Counted from the stretch's first letter, positions 19,194-27,009 are shown. The stretch: 33,131 nucleotides of DNA from an uncultured virus (IMG/VR IMGVR_UViG_2791355422_000001) (IMGVR_UViG_2791355422_000001), one strand, 5' to 3'. Notes: generated from the letters alone by a model not told the origin. Numbers and translations are program-made.

Positions 19194-19625
19194 ATGGCGT
19201 CGGTGTGCAAGCTGTACCGCGGAGACAAGCCACAGCTGATCCAGCCGGAGACGTGGACGCTCGTCATCTTCGAGCGGGTGATCAGCAATGACCGGAGCAT
19301 GGCCCGGCAACTCTCGCTGATCATGCCGCCGTTCGACGGGGACTTCACGTGGGCCCGCAACCTTCGCTGGGCAGCCATCGACATCCCCGACGGCGATACG
19401 AGGCCGCGGCAGTTCATGAGCCGCTTCATCCGGGACCCCTACGGCATCCGCGACGACACCGGAGCCGACGACCGCACCGCCACTCCCGGCCGCTCCTGGC
19501 AGACCGTCACCTGGCTCTTTGCCGGCCAGTCCAACCAGCCGGTCGGTGTCGAGGTGTGGCATGACCACCACGAGCCCTGGCCGCTCGAACACGCCCAGTT
19601 CGTCGGCTCCACCCGGGACTACTGA
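19194..19625 (+). CDS. Hypothetical protein, possible C1q/TNF-like jelly-roll
   Basis: GGAGG SD; GC-biased codons; TWTLVIFERVISND, PPFDGDF, PVGVEVWH pattern. Confidence 0.6.
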   Translation: MASVCKLYRGDKPQLIQPETWTLVIFERVISNDRSMARQLSLIMPPFDGDFTWARNLRWAAIDIPDGDTRPRQFMSRFIRDPYGIRDDTGADDRTATPGRSWQTVTWLFAGQSNQPVGVEVWHDHHEPWPLEHAQFVGSTRDY

Positions 19626-19637
19626 GAGAAGAACACG

Positions 19638-20513
19638 ATGGCCGATCTGTGGATGCCCGGCGCCCAGAAGCTGGGCATCGGGAACACCGCCCCGACAGAC
19701 GGCGGCCCCGCGAAAGCGATCGCCCACATCACATGGGACCGCAACGCCACCGCAGCCAAGCCTGCAGCACTCGTCCCCTACGAGAACCTCCGCTCCTACT
19801 TCGGCTCCAATGCGACCGGGAAGCAGTCCGCCCCGCACATCCTGTGGGATCCCTTCACAGGCCGCGTCGTGCAGTTCTTCCCGGCGAACTCCCGTTCCCT
19901 GTCGCTCGCCGACAGGCCAGGCGGCACCCGTACCAACCGCGCCGGCAGCGTCGTCCTACAGATCGAGGCCCTGTTCTTCCCCTACTGCAAGGTCGACGGG
20001 AAGGTGTATCCGAAGCTCACCGACACGCCGTGCAAGGGCTGGGCTGAGCTGCAGCCGTGGGTGAAGAGCTGGGGCGTGCCGAGCTCCTGGCCGATGGGCA
20101 GGCCCGCCGACTTCACGCCCAAGCGATCGGCAGCGACCTGGGCGAACACGGCTGGCTGGTACGCCCACGCGCACGTGCCGGAGAACGATCACCAAGACCC
20201 GGGCAGCTGGCCCGCCTTCGTCGGAACTCCTGGAACCGGCACGCCGACCTACGAGCCGTTTCCGGGCGCCTCGTTCTTCATGAGCGGCAGCAAGCCTGCC
20301 CTCGGCAAGCGCTCTGCCATCTTCACCGCGATGGGCAAACGCCTCGTCGCGGTGGGCTGCGGCCGGTACAAGGTCGGCCCCGGCCCGGTCCTCGGCCAGG
20401 CCGACGTCGACTCCTACGAAGCCTGGCAGCGGTCCCTGGGCTACACGGGCGCCGACGCCAAGTGGCCGCCCGGCCCCACCTCGTGGGCCAAGCTCCGCGT
20501 CCCCAACGTCTGA
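19638..20513 (+). CDS. Endolysin: N-acetylmuramoyl-L-alanine amidase with C-terminal peptidoglycan-binding domain
   Basis: HIT, PH.LWDPFTG, QIE, HAHVPENDH.DPG Zn-amidase motifs; C-terminal WQRSLGY.G.DA..PG.TSW..L. Confidence 0.9.
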   Translation: MADLWMPGAQKLGIGNTAPTDGGPAKAIAHITWDRNATAAKPAALVPYENLRSYFGSNATGKQSAPHILWDPFTGRVVQFFPANSRSLSLADRPGGTRTNRAGSVVLQIEALFFPYCKVDGKVYPKLTDTPCKGWAELQPWVKSWGVPSSWPMGRPADFTPKRSAATWANTAGWYAHAHVPENDHQDPGSWPAFVGTPGTGTPTYEPFPGASFFMSGSKPALGKRSAIFTAMGKRLVAVGCGRYKVGPGPVLGQADVDSYEAWQRSLGYTGADAKWPPGPTSWAKLRVPNV

Positions 20514-20536
20514 CCCTTCAGAGAAGCGAGATCAAC

Positions 20537-20887
20537 ATGAAGATCTTCGGCAGAGAGCCCGCTCTCGTCATCGCCACCATCAGCGCCGGCCTGTCCCTGT
20601 TGGTGTCCTTCGGCTTCGACGGGCTGTCCGCGGAGCAGGCAGCGGCGATCGTCGCCGTCATCTCCGCGGTGTTCGCCGCGGCCACGGCTGCTATCACCCG
20701 CCCGATCGCGCCGTCCGCGTTCACGGGCCTCGCCGCCGCAGGGTTCGCGCTCCTGGCGGCCTACGGCCTCGACGTCTCCCAGGAGACCGTGGGTGCCGTC
20801 AACGCACTGGTGCTCGCCGTCCTCGGCCTGCTCACCCGCGGGCAGGTCCCCCCGACGGCTTCCGCCCCCGTTCGCCCGGTGGCGTAA
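20537..20887 (+). CDS. Holin-like membrane protein
   Basis: MKIFGREPAL..., four hydrophobic segments, LTRGQV.P ending; directly after lysin. Confidence 0.75.
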   Translation: MKIFGREPALVIATISAGLSLLVSFGFDGLSAEQAAAIVAVISAVFAAATAAITRPIAPSAFTGLAAAGFALLAAYGLDVSQETVGAVNALVLAVLGLLTRGQVPPTASAPVRPVA

Positions 20888-21331
20888 GTGCCCTGCCGCG
20901 CGGCCAGGTGGCTGCGTAAGCGGCTCGGCCGCCGCGGCGCTTTCCTGCTGATCATCGGCACGGGCAAGACGTGCTGGGGTGCCTCGTTCCTCGTCGACCC
21001 GCCGCCCACGCAGGGCCTGCAGCTGCTGACGAGCTTGTGCGACATCCGGCACTGGGCGTGGCTGTGGATCGGCGCCGGCGCAGTCACGGCAAGCTCAGCA
21101 TTCCTGAAGGTCGGCCGTGACTGGGCCGGTTTCGTCGCAGCGCTGCTTCCCCCCACCGTGTGGGCGACCGCCTACACGGTCGCCGCGATCTCCGGCGACT
21201 ACTCCCGCGGCGGCTACGTCGCCGTCTGGTACCTGACCTCCCACGTCGGGGTCATTCTGTGGGCGGCCACGGTGCCCGAGCATTCGGTCCCCCACGTGCC
21301 GAGAGCCGCCAGGAGAGGCGGCGCACCGTGA
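20888..21331 (+). CDS. Membrane protein of lysis cassette
   Basis: LGRRGAFLL start, about four TM segments; abuts holin stop. Confidence 0.7.
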   Translation: MPCRAARWLRKRLGRRGAFLLIIGTGKTCWGASFLVDPPPTQGLQLLTSLCDIRHWAWLWIGAGAVTASSAFLKVGRDWAGFVAALLPPTVWATAYTVAAISGDYSRGGYVAVWYLTSHVGVILWAATVPEHSVPHVPRAARRGGAP

Positions 21332-21687
21332 CGGTGTGGGCAGGAATCGTTGCCGTGATCGGCACCATCGGCATGGTCGTCGCCGGGCTCTTCGCGGCGC
21401 GGGCCACGACACGAGCAGCGGCAGCGACGGCGGAGGCCACGCAGGCGGCAGCCCGGGTACAGGCGGAGCCGAATCAGCGGGCTGAGGATCGCGCGGCGTT
21501 CGATGCGATCAAGACGGAGTTGCGGCAGGAGCTCACCTCCACCCGCGAGGAAGTCCGGTCGCTGCGCTCCCTGGTGCGGGCCTTCGCCTGGTACGTGGGG
21601 GAGCTGACCCGGCAGATGCGCTCCCAGGGCATCGAGCCCCCCGCACCGCCGTCGCGCGTCGACGAGTACAACCGCACAGGAGTGTGA
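21328..21687 (+). CDS. Single-TM coiled-coil protein of lysis cassette
   Basis: GTGA overlap; N-terminal TM, coiled coil, G.EPPAPP end. Confidence 0.7.
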   Translation: MTVWAGIVAVIGTIGMVVAGLFAARATTRAAAATAEATQAAARVQAEPNQRAEDRAAFDAIKTELRQELTSTREEVRSLRSLVRAFAWYVGELTRQMRSQGIEPPAPPSRVDEYNRTGV

Positions 21688-21689
21688 CC

Positions 21690-21845
21690 ATGCCAGACCC
21701 GCGCCCCATGGCCCGACGCGTCGACGACAGTGCCGCCGACATCACGAGCCTCGTCGACCTCGGCCTCGTCGAAGAGCCACCCGAACCGAGCTACGAAGGG
21801 CTGTTCGTCGAGCCGGACATCCCACCGGAAGAGCCTGCCGAGTAG
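21690..21845 (+). CDS. Small acidic Pro-rich hypothetical protein (51 aa, not in ORF track)
   Basis: AGGAG SD; MPDPRPMARRVDDSAADITSLVDLGLVEEPPEPSYEGLFVEPDIPPEEPAE; ends just before the terminator. Confidence 0.6.
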   Translation: MPDPRPMARRVDDSAADITSLVDLGLVEEPPEPSYEGLFVEPDIPPEEPAE

Positions 21846-21847
21846 CG

Positions 21848-21890
21848 TAGCCCCCGCCCCTGCCTCGTGCAGGCGGCGGGGGCTATTTCT
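21848..21890. terminator. Intrinsic terminator ending the late operon, likely bidirectional
   Basis: TAGCCCCCGCC-C-CTGC...GCAG-GC-GGCGGGGGCTA long stem then TTTCT, between convergent genes. Confidence 0.8.
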
Positions 21891-21894
21891 CGTT

Positions 21895-22512
21895 TCACTG
21901 CGCGAGCTGTTTCTTCAGCTCGGTCACGTGCGGACCGGAGTCGACTGCGGGCACCTTCCAGAGATGCGCGGTTTCCTCGCCATCGACGTAGATCAACGTG
22001 CCGCCTTTCGCCTGCGCGGGCGTCAGGTCGAATGCTCGCAGCCGCCGCTGGTAGGTGCCGGGCTGCACGGGGTCCTCGTTGTTGTACTTGTCGACGACGA
22101 CGTTGTACGACTCGCCGCCACCGGCGTCGATGGTTTCTCCGTCGGGTGCAATCCACTTCCAGCCCCCGCCGCTGATCGGTGCGACCTCGTCGGCCGCAGC
22201 GGCTGTCATCGCCTTGTCCTTGAGTGTGACCACGGCGAAGACGCCATTCTCGGCGGTGTCCGTGCCGTTCCTCTTCACGTACACGATGCTGTCCGGGGTG
22301 ATCTGAAGGACTCCAGTCCCGTTCTCGCCGATGGTCTGCGCGGGCTCTCCGAACTTCAGGGTCTCGGCGCCGTCATCGCCGTTCGGCTCCTTCGGCGTTG
22401 ACGCCGGCGTCTTGGTGGCCGACTTCTCGTCTGGGTCGCCGTCGTCGCTGGCGCAAGCGGTGAGGGTGACGAGGAGCAGAGCAGCCGTGGCCGCGGCAGC
22501 ATGAACGCGCAT
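21895..22512 (-). CDS. Lipoprotein (DUF4352-like Ig fold), possible superinfection-exclusion moron
   Basis: Signal peptide with LTAC lipobox, flexible linker, LKFGE, VQPG, FD.T...KGG.L.Y; TACCGT -10-like box upstream. Confidence 0.8.
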   Translation of the reverse strand: MRVHAAAATAALLLVTLTACASDDGDPDEKSATKTPASTPKEPNGDDGAETLKFGEPAQTIGENGTGVLQITPDSIVYVKRNGTDTAENGVFAVVTLKDKAMTAAAADEVAPISGGGWKWIAPDGETIDAGGGESYNVVVDKYNNEDPVQPGTYQRRLRAFDLTPAQAKGGTLIYVDGEETAHLWKVPAVDSGPHVTELKKQLAQ

Positions 22513-22617
22513 ATGTACCCCCAAGAAGCTGGCTAGGCGAAACACGGTAGGCCCTGGAGGGTTGGACAGTGCAGGCTGTCATTGGGTCGTGACAAGCGAT
22601 CCGTGACGCAAGGGGGC

Positions 22618-23136
22618 ATGGTGGAAGAATTCTTCAACGCCTTGGAACGGGCCGTGGCCGAACGCAACTGGTACGCGGCTCTGACGCTAGCCCTGACGCT
22701 GCCGGACATCTGCGCTCAGGCAGAACAGCCTGGCACGCGGACGTCGGGGAGGCATTACAAGGCGTGGGTTGAGAAGCATGTGGTTCCTGCTTACACGCGC
22801 AACGTTGGATACCCTCCCGTGAGCATGGTGTTCCTTTCGGCCGACGACTGCTACGCGTTGCGCTGCGCTCTGCTCCACGGTGGTTCGGCCGACATTGAGA
22901 GCCAGACTGCCCGCAAGATCCTCAAGGACTTCATCTTCCTCACGCCAGGGCGCCAGGCGATCAGTTGGCACCTGAACCGGAAAGACGACAGTCTGATTCT
23001 CATGGTCGACGAGTTCGCCACCGATGTGCTCCGAGCGGCGCAAGCCTGGTGGAGATCGCTAGGCATCGAGCAGAAGCAGGCGGCGCAGGGCCCGTTGATC
23101 AGCCTTACCGACGCCGACCTCGTCGAAGGGATCTAG
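22618..23136 (+). CDS. HEPN-like protein with RxxxxH motif
   Basis: ALTLALTLPDIC, Y.AW...H, CYALRCALLHGG; all-helical, about 170 aa; AAGGGGG SD. Confidence 0.7.
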   Translation: MVEEFFNALERAVAERNWYAALTLALTLPDICAQAEQPGTRTSGRHYKAWVEKHVVPAYTRNVGYPPVSMVFLSADDCYALRCALLHGGSADIESQTARKILKDFIFLTPGRQAISWHLNRKDDSLILMVDEFATDVLRAAQAWWRSLGIEQKQAAQGPLISLTDADLVEGI

Positions 23137-23148
23137 AGGAACAGCTGT

Positions 23149-23182
23149 GCCCCGCCCCTCTGCCTCGGCAGGGGAACGGGGC
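23149..23182. terminator. Stem-loop between convergent genes
   Basis: GCCCCG-CCCCT-CTGCC-tc-GGCAG-GGGAA-CGGGGC. Confidence 0.6.
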
Positions 23183-23190
23183 GCTTGCGA

Positions 23191-23367
23191 TCAGCGTCGA
23201 CTCTGAATCCAGACCATGAGGATGGCGGCGATCCCGCCACCAGCGTGGTAAGCGGCACCTCGCAACAGCTCGTTGTACAGATCGATCGGGTTGGACGGTC
23301 GCAGTCGACTGAGCCACGAGCCGAGTTGCGTAGACGCCCTGTCTACCGCTCGCTTACGATGACGCAC
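23191..23367 (-). CDS. Small basic protein with C-terminal TM helix (58 aa)
   Basis: GTG at 23367 preceded by GGAAAGGA SD; MRHRKR...LLRGAAYHAGGGIAAILMVWIQSRR. Confidence 0.55.
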   Translation of the reverse strand: MRHRKRAVDRASTQLGSWLSRLRPSNPIDLYNELLRGAAYHAGGGIAAILMVWIQSRR

Positions 23368-23621
23368 AGGCAGTCCTTTCCTAGCGGTTTGGTTGCCGCG
23401 CAGGAGCCCTCCCGGCAAGAGGCCTAGGAAACCGTGCCGGGGTCGGGCTCCTTTCGCTTGGGCGGAAGTGTAGATGGCTGTGCGGGAGTTGAGTGCAACT
23501 CGCAGCAGCTCGGAGAGAGCCGAGGGCCCCTCCCTACGGACTGAGCGACATTGAGTGGCACGGAGCAGCGCCCAACAACACGGCATGGACAGTTTGCGCG
23601 TGAGTGACGTCACGGCCGAGC

Positions 23622-23755
23622 CGTTCATCAAACGGTCGTTTCCTGGCGCGGCCCTTTGATGAACGTAGTTCTGGCGTAGATGCTCACCGATCGTTCATCA
23701 AATGCTTCAACAACGCCTAGCGTTCAACTGCGCACCCACACCCCTTAGATGAACG
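23622..23755. promoter_or_regulatory. Putative res site (resolvase binding subsites)
   Basis: CGTTCATCAAA at 23622-32 and 23692-702, inverted TTTGATGAACG 23655-65 and TTAGATGAACG 23745-55, partial CGTTCAAC 23721-28; directly upstream of resolvase. Confidence 0.75.
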
Positions 23756-23764
23756 CGAGGCTCT

Positions 23765-24370
23765 ATGGCGCTGATCGGACTCGTCCGCGTATCCACCGAC
23801 AAGCAGAACGTCGACCGGCAGCACGATGCTCTCGACGACATCTGCGTCAAGGTCTTCGAGGAGAAGATCTCCGGCAAGCTCGCCGTCGATGAGAGGCCCG
23901 GCCTCAGCGCCGCACTCGACTACCTCCGCGAAGGTGACATGCTCACTGTGCAGGAGGTCGACCGCCTCGGCCGCGACACCCTCACCGGACTCACGACCCT
24001 GGCCGAACTCTTCAAGCGGGGCATCGCCGTCAAGGTGCTTGAAGGGATCGGCGCCGGAGAGCACACGGAGTCGAACCTCCTCCTCGAACTCGCCCTCGTC
24101 TTGGCCGCAGAACGGCGACGAGACATCGTCAAGAAGACCAACGACGGTCTCGTGGCAGCCCGAGCACGTGGACGCGTCGGCGGTCGACGGCCGGTCATGA
24201 CCGAGGCGCTCGTGGTCCAAGCGGTAGCGCTCCGCGGGCAAGGCTTCAGCATCAAGCAGATCCAGCCCCACCTACGGATCACCGAAGGCAAGAACAAGGG
24301 CAAGCACCCCAGTACCGGTGCCATCTCCCAGGCGCTCCGCCAGCACGACGAAGAGGTGGAGTGCGCATGA
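23765..24370 (+). CDS. Small serine recombinase (resolvase/invertase family)
   Basis: IGLVRVSTDKQ (catalytic Ser), FEEKISG, RPGL..ALDYLREGD, VDRLGR, GLVAARARGRVGGRRP, C-terminal HTH. Confidence 0.95.
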   Translation: MALIGLVRVSTDKQNVDRQHDALDDICVKVFEEKISGKLAVDERPGLSAALDYLREGDMLTVQEVDRLGRDTLTGLTTLAELFKRGIAVKVLEGIGAGEHTESNLLLELALVLAAERRRDIVKKTNDGLVAARARGRVGGRRPVMTEALVVQAVALRGQGFSIKQIQPHLRITEGKNKGKHPSTGAISQALRQHDEEVECA

Positions 24371-25674
24371 CGGGCGACCGGCCAGAGCCCTGGGACGTGA
24401 GCACGCAGGCCGCCATTCACATCAGCGCGCTCATGGACCTGTTTCGGCGGGCGTGTCGACTGCAGGGGTGGACGCTGAACGAGGAGCGCGGCCTGAAAGG
24501 TTGGACCGACGTCACATGTGGATCCGGACACGAGTTCAGGGTTTGCGCATGGGACATCGTGTCCACCGCCAAGCCTTACGGGCTCGACCCCGGCGAGCCG
24601 TTGTGCCAGAAGTGTGGTGCCGCCGCTTGGGTCGCCGAGTGCCTCGTCGTCCTGAAGTCGGTGGCTGCAGCACAGGGCGTAGAGATTGAGGCCACGGACG
24701 AGCGAGACGAGTCCGGGGACGGCCACGTCGTGTTCGCGGCGAAGTGCTCTAAGGGCCACCGCTTCAAAGCGACAGGGCGCGATGCGACGAACTTTCGCGG
24801 CGAGCCGGTCAACATCCTGTGCCCCGACTGCCAGGAGGCCGCAGATTTCGCGGAGGGGTTCGCCAAGATCGACGCGGTCCTTCGCGAGACTCGATCCACC
24901 ATCGTGAAGAACTACCGCAATGCAGCTGACATCAGGTGCCGTCGGGGGCACCTTCATACGTTCCGTGTAGACAGTTGGGACGATCGCCGCGCCATCCGTC
25001 CGGACTTCTGCGGCGCATGCGACAAGATCGCCAAGTTCCAGGAGTTCTCTGAGCAAGCCAAGGATTTGGGCATCACCGTGCTTGAGTCACAGTGGATAGC
25101 CAAGTCACGCTCCCATCAGGCAGTCTGCTTCGCCGGACACGAGTTCGGCCTCGTCCCGAGCAAGATGAAGCGTGGATGCCCCGAGTGCCCGCGGGGGATG
25201 TACGGCGGCACTGTCCTGCCTCACGACGTGTACTACGTCGTCAGCGGAGTGGACGCCACGACCGGCGAGGAGACCGTGAAGCCGGGTATCAGCTCCGCGA
25301 GCGGCTACAACCGACTTCGGCAGCACAGCGAGGACGGTCTGGCCGTGCAGCACCTTCGGATCCTGGGGCTGCCAGCCGGTATGGCGCGAGTACTGGAGAA
25401 GTTCGTCCTGGACGGACTCGACAGGGAGGGGTGGCTATCCATCCGCGGCGTTGAGTACTTCCCGTCGGCAGCCCTGCAGGACGTCATGGACTTGGCGGGC
25501 GAATGGTTCACGGATCAGCCGGGGCTGGCCTCTCGCCCGATCGTCGTTGATGTCAGCGATGTCTACGACGTCGTCGAAGCCCCTGCGGCTCCTGACGTTG
25601 TGGACGTCGATGTTGATATCGCCGTCGTCTTCGACTCTGACGATGTGCGAGCTGCTGCGGCGTTGGCACGCTGA
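24367..25674 (+). CDS. Protein with four CxxGH...CxxC zinc-ribbon units and a C-terminal GIY-YIG/T5orf172-like domain
   Basis: ATGA overlap with resolvase; CGSGH/CQKC, CSKGH/CPDC, CRRGH/CGAC, CFAGH/CPEC; VYYVV...VKPGIS...RLRQH...LE...EYF. Confidence 0.7.
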   Translation: MTGDRPEPWDVSTQAAIHISALMDLFRRACRLQGWTLNEERGLKGWTDVTCGSGHEFRVCAWDIVSTAKPYGLDPGEPLCQKCGAAAWVAECLVVLKSVAAAQGVEIEATDERDESGDGHVVFAAKCSKGHRFKATGRDATNFRGEPVNILCPDCQEAADFAEGFAKIDAVLRETRSTIVKNYRNAADIRCRRGHLHTFRVDSWDDRRAIRPDFCGACDKIAKFQEFSEQAKDLGITVLESQWIAKSRSHQAVCFAGHEFGLVPSKMKRGCPECPRGMYGGTVLPHDVYYVVSGVDATTGEETVKPGISSASGYNRLRQHSEDGLAVQHLRILGLPAGMARVLEKFVLDGLDREGWLSIRGVEYFPSAALQDVMDLAGEWFTDQPGLASRPIVVDVSDVYDVVEAPAAPDVVDVDVDIAVVFDSDDVRAAAALAR

Positions 25675-25698
25675 CCGTCGGCTCTTGTCAGACAGTAA

Positions 25699-25737
25699 GC
25701 GCACATCGCCTCTCACCCCGGTGGAGGCGGGGTGCGC
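25699..25737 (+). terminator. Stem-loop after resolvase-nuclease operon
   Basis: GCGCAC..CGCCTC.CACC-cc-GGTG-GAGGCG..GTGCGC. Confidence 0.55.
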
Positions 25738-25838
25738 CTGCGTTGGGGGGCGCCTGAGACAGAACGCTGATCGTGCCCTACTTTGGTGGCAGGCGCGGGG
25801 CCTGGACATCCAGAAGAAGTGTCGACGTAAGGACAGTC

Positions 25839-26063
25839 ATGGATACGCCCCTCAGCGCCACCTACGAGATCGAGTTGCGCGGCGGCCCGCTCGATGGCCG
25901 CATCCTCCCGGGCATCACCGGCGACCCGACGACTCCTCCGGACACGGTCCGCCACCCCGGCGGGCTCGACGCTCGCGTCGCCATCTACAGCCCACGGCCA
26001 GCCGCCGGCGACGACGGCCCCTTGTGGGTCTATGTGTTCATCGGGTACGAACTCGACGCCTGA
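25839..26063 (+). CDS. Small hypothetical protein with GGPLDG motif
   Basis: TAAGGA SD; L.GGPLDG motif common in small actinophage proteins. Confidence 0.6.
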   Translation: MDTPLSATYEIELRGGPLDGRILPGITGDPTTPPDTVRHPGGLDARVAIYSPRPAAGDDGPLWVYVFIGYELDA

Positions 26064-26121
26064 CGTGCGACGTTGCCAGAACGAGGCGGGACAGAGGCTC
26101 CCGGCGGAGACGTCCAGCCTT

Positions 26122-26151
26122 GCGCCCGCCTCGCCCCCTTGAGGCGGGCGC
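26122..26151. terminator. Stem-loop between convergent genes
   Basis: GCGCCCGCCTC-gcccctt-GAGGCGGGCGC. Confidence 0.7.
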
Positions 26152-26157
26152 TCGCGC

Positions 26158-26343
26158 TTATGCCTGCGGTTGCAGCAGCTCTCCCGGCTTGGTCTCGACG
26201 ATGCGCACGCTGGTGCATCCGTCGGCTTCGAGTTTCTGTCTGCGGTGTTCGGCGCTGGTCTTGTCGTAGCTGCAGACCGTTGCGTGCGGCACGCCGTTCG
26301 CGTCGGTCCAGGTGAGGCCGTAGTTCTGCATCTTGATCGCCAT
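26158..26343 (-). CDS. Small hypothetical protein (61 aa), likely leaderless
   Basis: Globular composition (YGLTWTD..G.P...SYDK.SA...KPGEL); AATGAT -10-like box 6 nt before ATG. Confidence 0.65.
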   Translation of the reverse strand: MAIKMQNYGLTWTDANGVPHATVCSYDKTSAEHRRQKLEADGCTSVRIVETKPGELLQPQA

Positions 26344-26409
26344 GAGGGCATCATTGCCGAGGGCACTGACAATCGAGCGGCCTCGACGCGCGGGGCATTG
26401 ATGTGGCGC

Positions 26410-27009
26410 CTAGTCGGGCTCGCCCCGCGCTGCGGTCGGCGTGAACCGTAGGGGGCGGGGCGGATAGATCACGCCGTACTCGCGGCCGATCCGGTTGGCC
26501 GGGGCCGCGGACCCGCCGACCCGTTCCAGGAAGAATGCGCGTGCCATCGACTGCGCCTGTTCGCTGGTCATGTGCACGATCCAGCGGTTGGATACCGGAT
26601 CGAATCGGGCCGACCTGACCGCCGTTTCCAGGCCTGGTGCTGGGCCTTGACGTAGCCGTACCCCGAGACTGACGTAAAGGCGCAGCACATCCATCTCCGA
26701 GCGCCGTAACGCGATCTTCTGTAGGCCTGGTGCCGCCGCCTCGTCAGGCATGGGTACCGGCTGGGACTGGATGTAGAGCAGGGCGTCCCAGCCGTCGTCG
26801 GTCAGACGCACTGCCCAGAGAATCGGCCGGCCTGCGACCGCGGACAGCTCTGCTTGGTCGTCTCGGTCTGCTACCTGGGCCAGCCCTTGATCCACGAGCC
26901 GCTTCGTGTTGTGTTCGTCGAATCCCTCGCCTGCCATGACCCAGGCTGTGGGCGTGCTCTGGGTGTCCGCGAGTCGCTGCAACAGCGCATAGTCGTTCGA
27001 GCGTCCCAT
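26410..27009 (-). CDS. Hypothetical protein (wHTH-like; possibly DUF6417 family)
   Basis: GGAGAGG SD; LVDQGLA, WAVRLTDDGWDAL.Y wing-like motif; family name from memory only. Confidence 0.6.
   Translation of the reverse strand: MGRSNDYALLQRLADTQSTPTAWVMAGEGFDEHNTKRLVDQGLAQVADRDDQAELSAVAGRPILWAVRLTDDGWDALLYIQSQPVPMPDEAAAPGLQKIALRRSEMDVLRLYVSLGVRLRQGPAPGLETAVRSARFDPVSNRWIVHMTSEQAQSMARAFFLERVGGSAAPANRIGREYGVIYPPRPLRFTPTAARGEPD

Noticed and set aside
17831..24370. Serine recombinase as a tail-fiber invertase (Gin/Cin-like)
   Set aside because: No inverted crossover sites or reversed fiber cassettes seen near the tail genes; the repeats cluster at one res-like site
23920..25056. 378-aa minus-strand ORF over resolvase and nuclease
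   Set aside because: Shadow of two well-supported plus-strand genes
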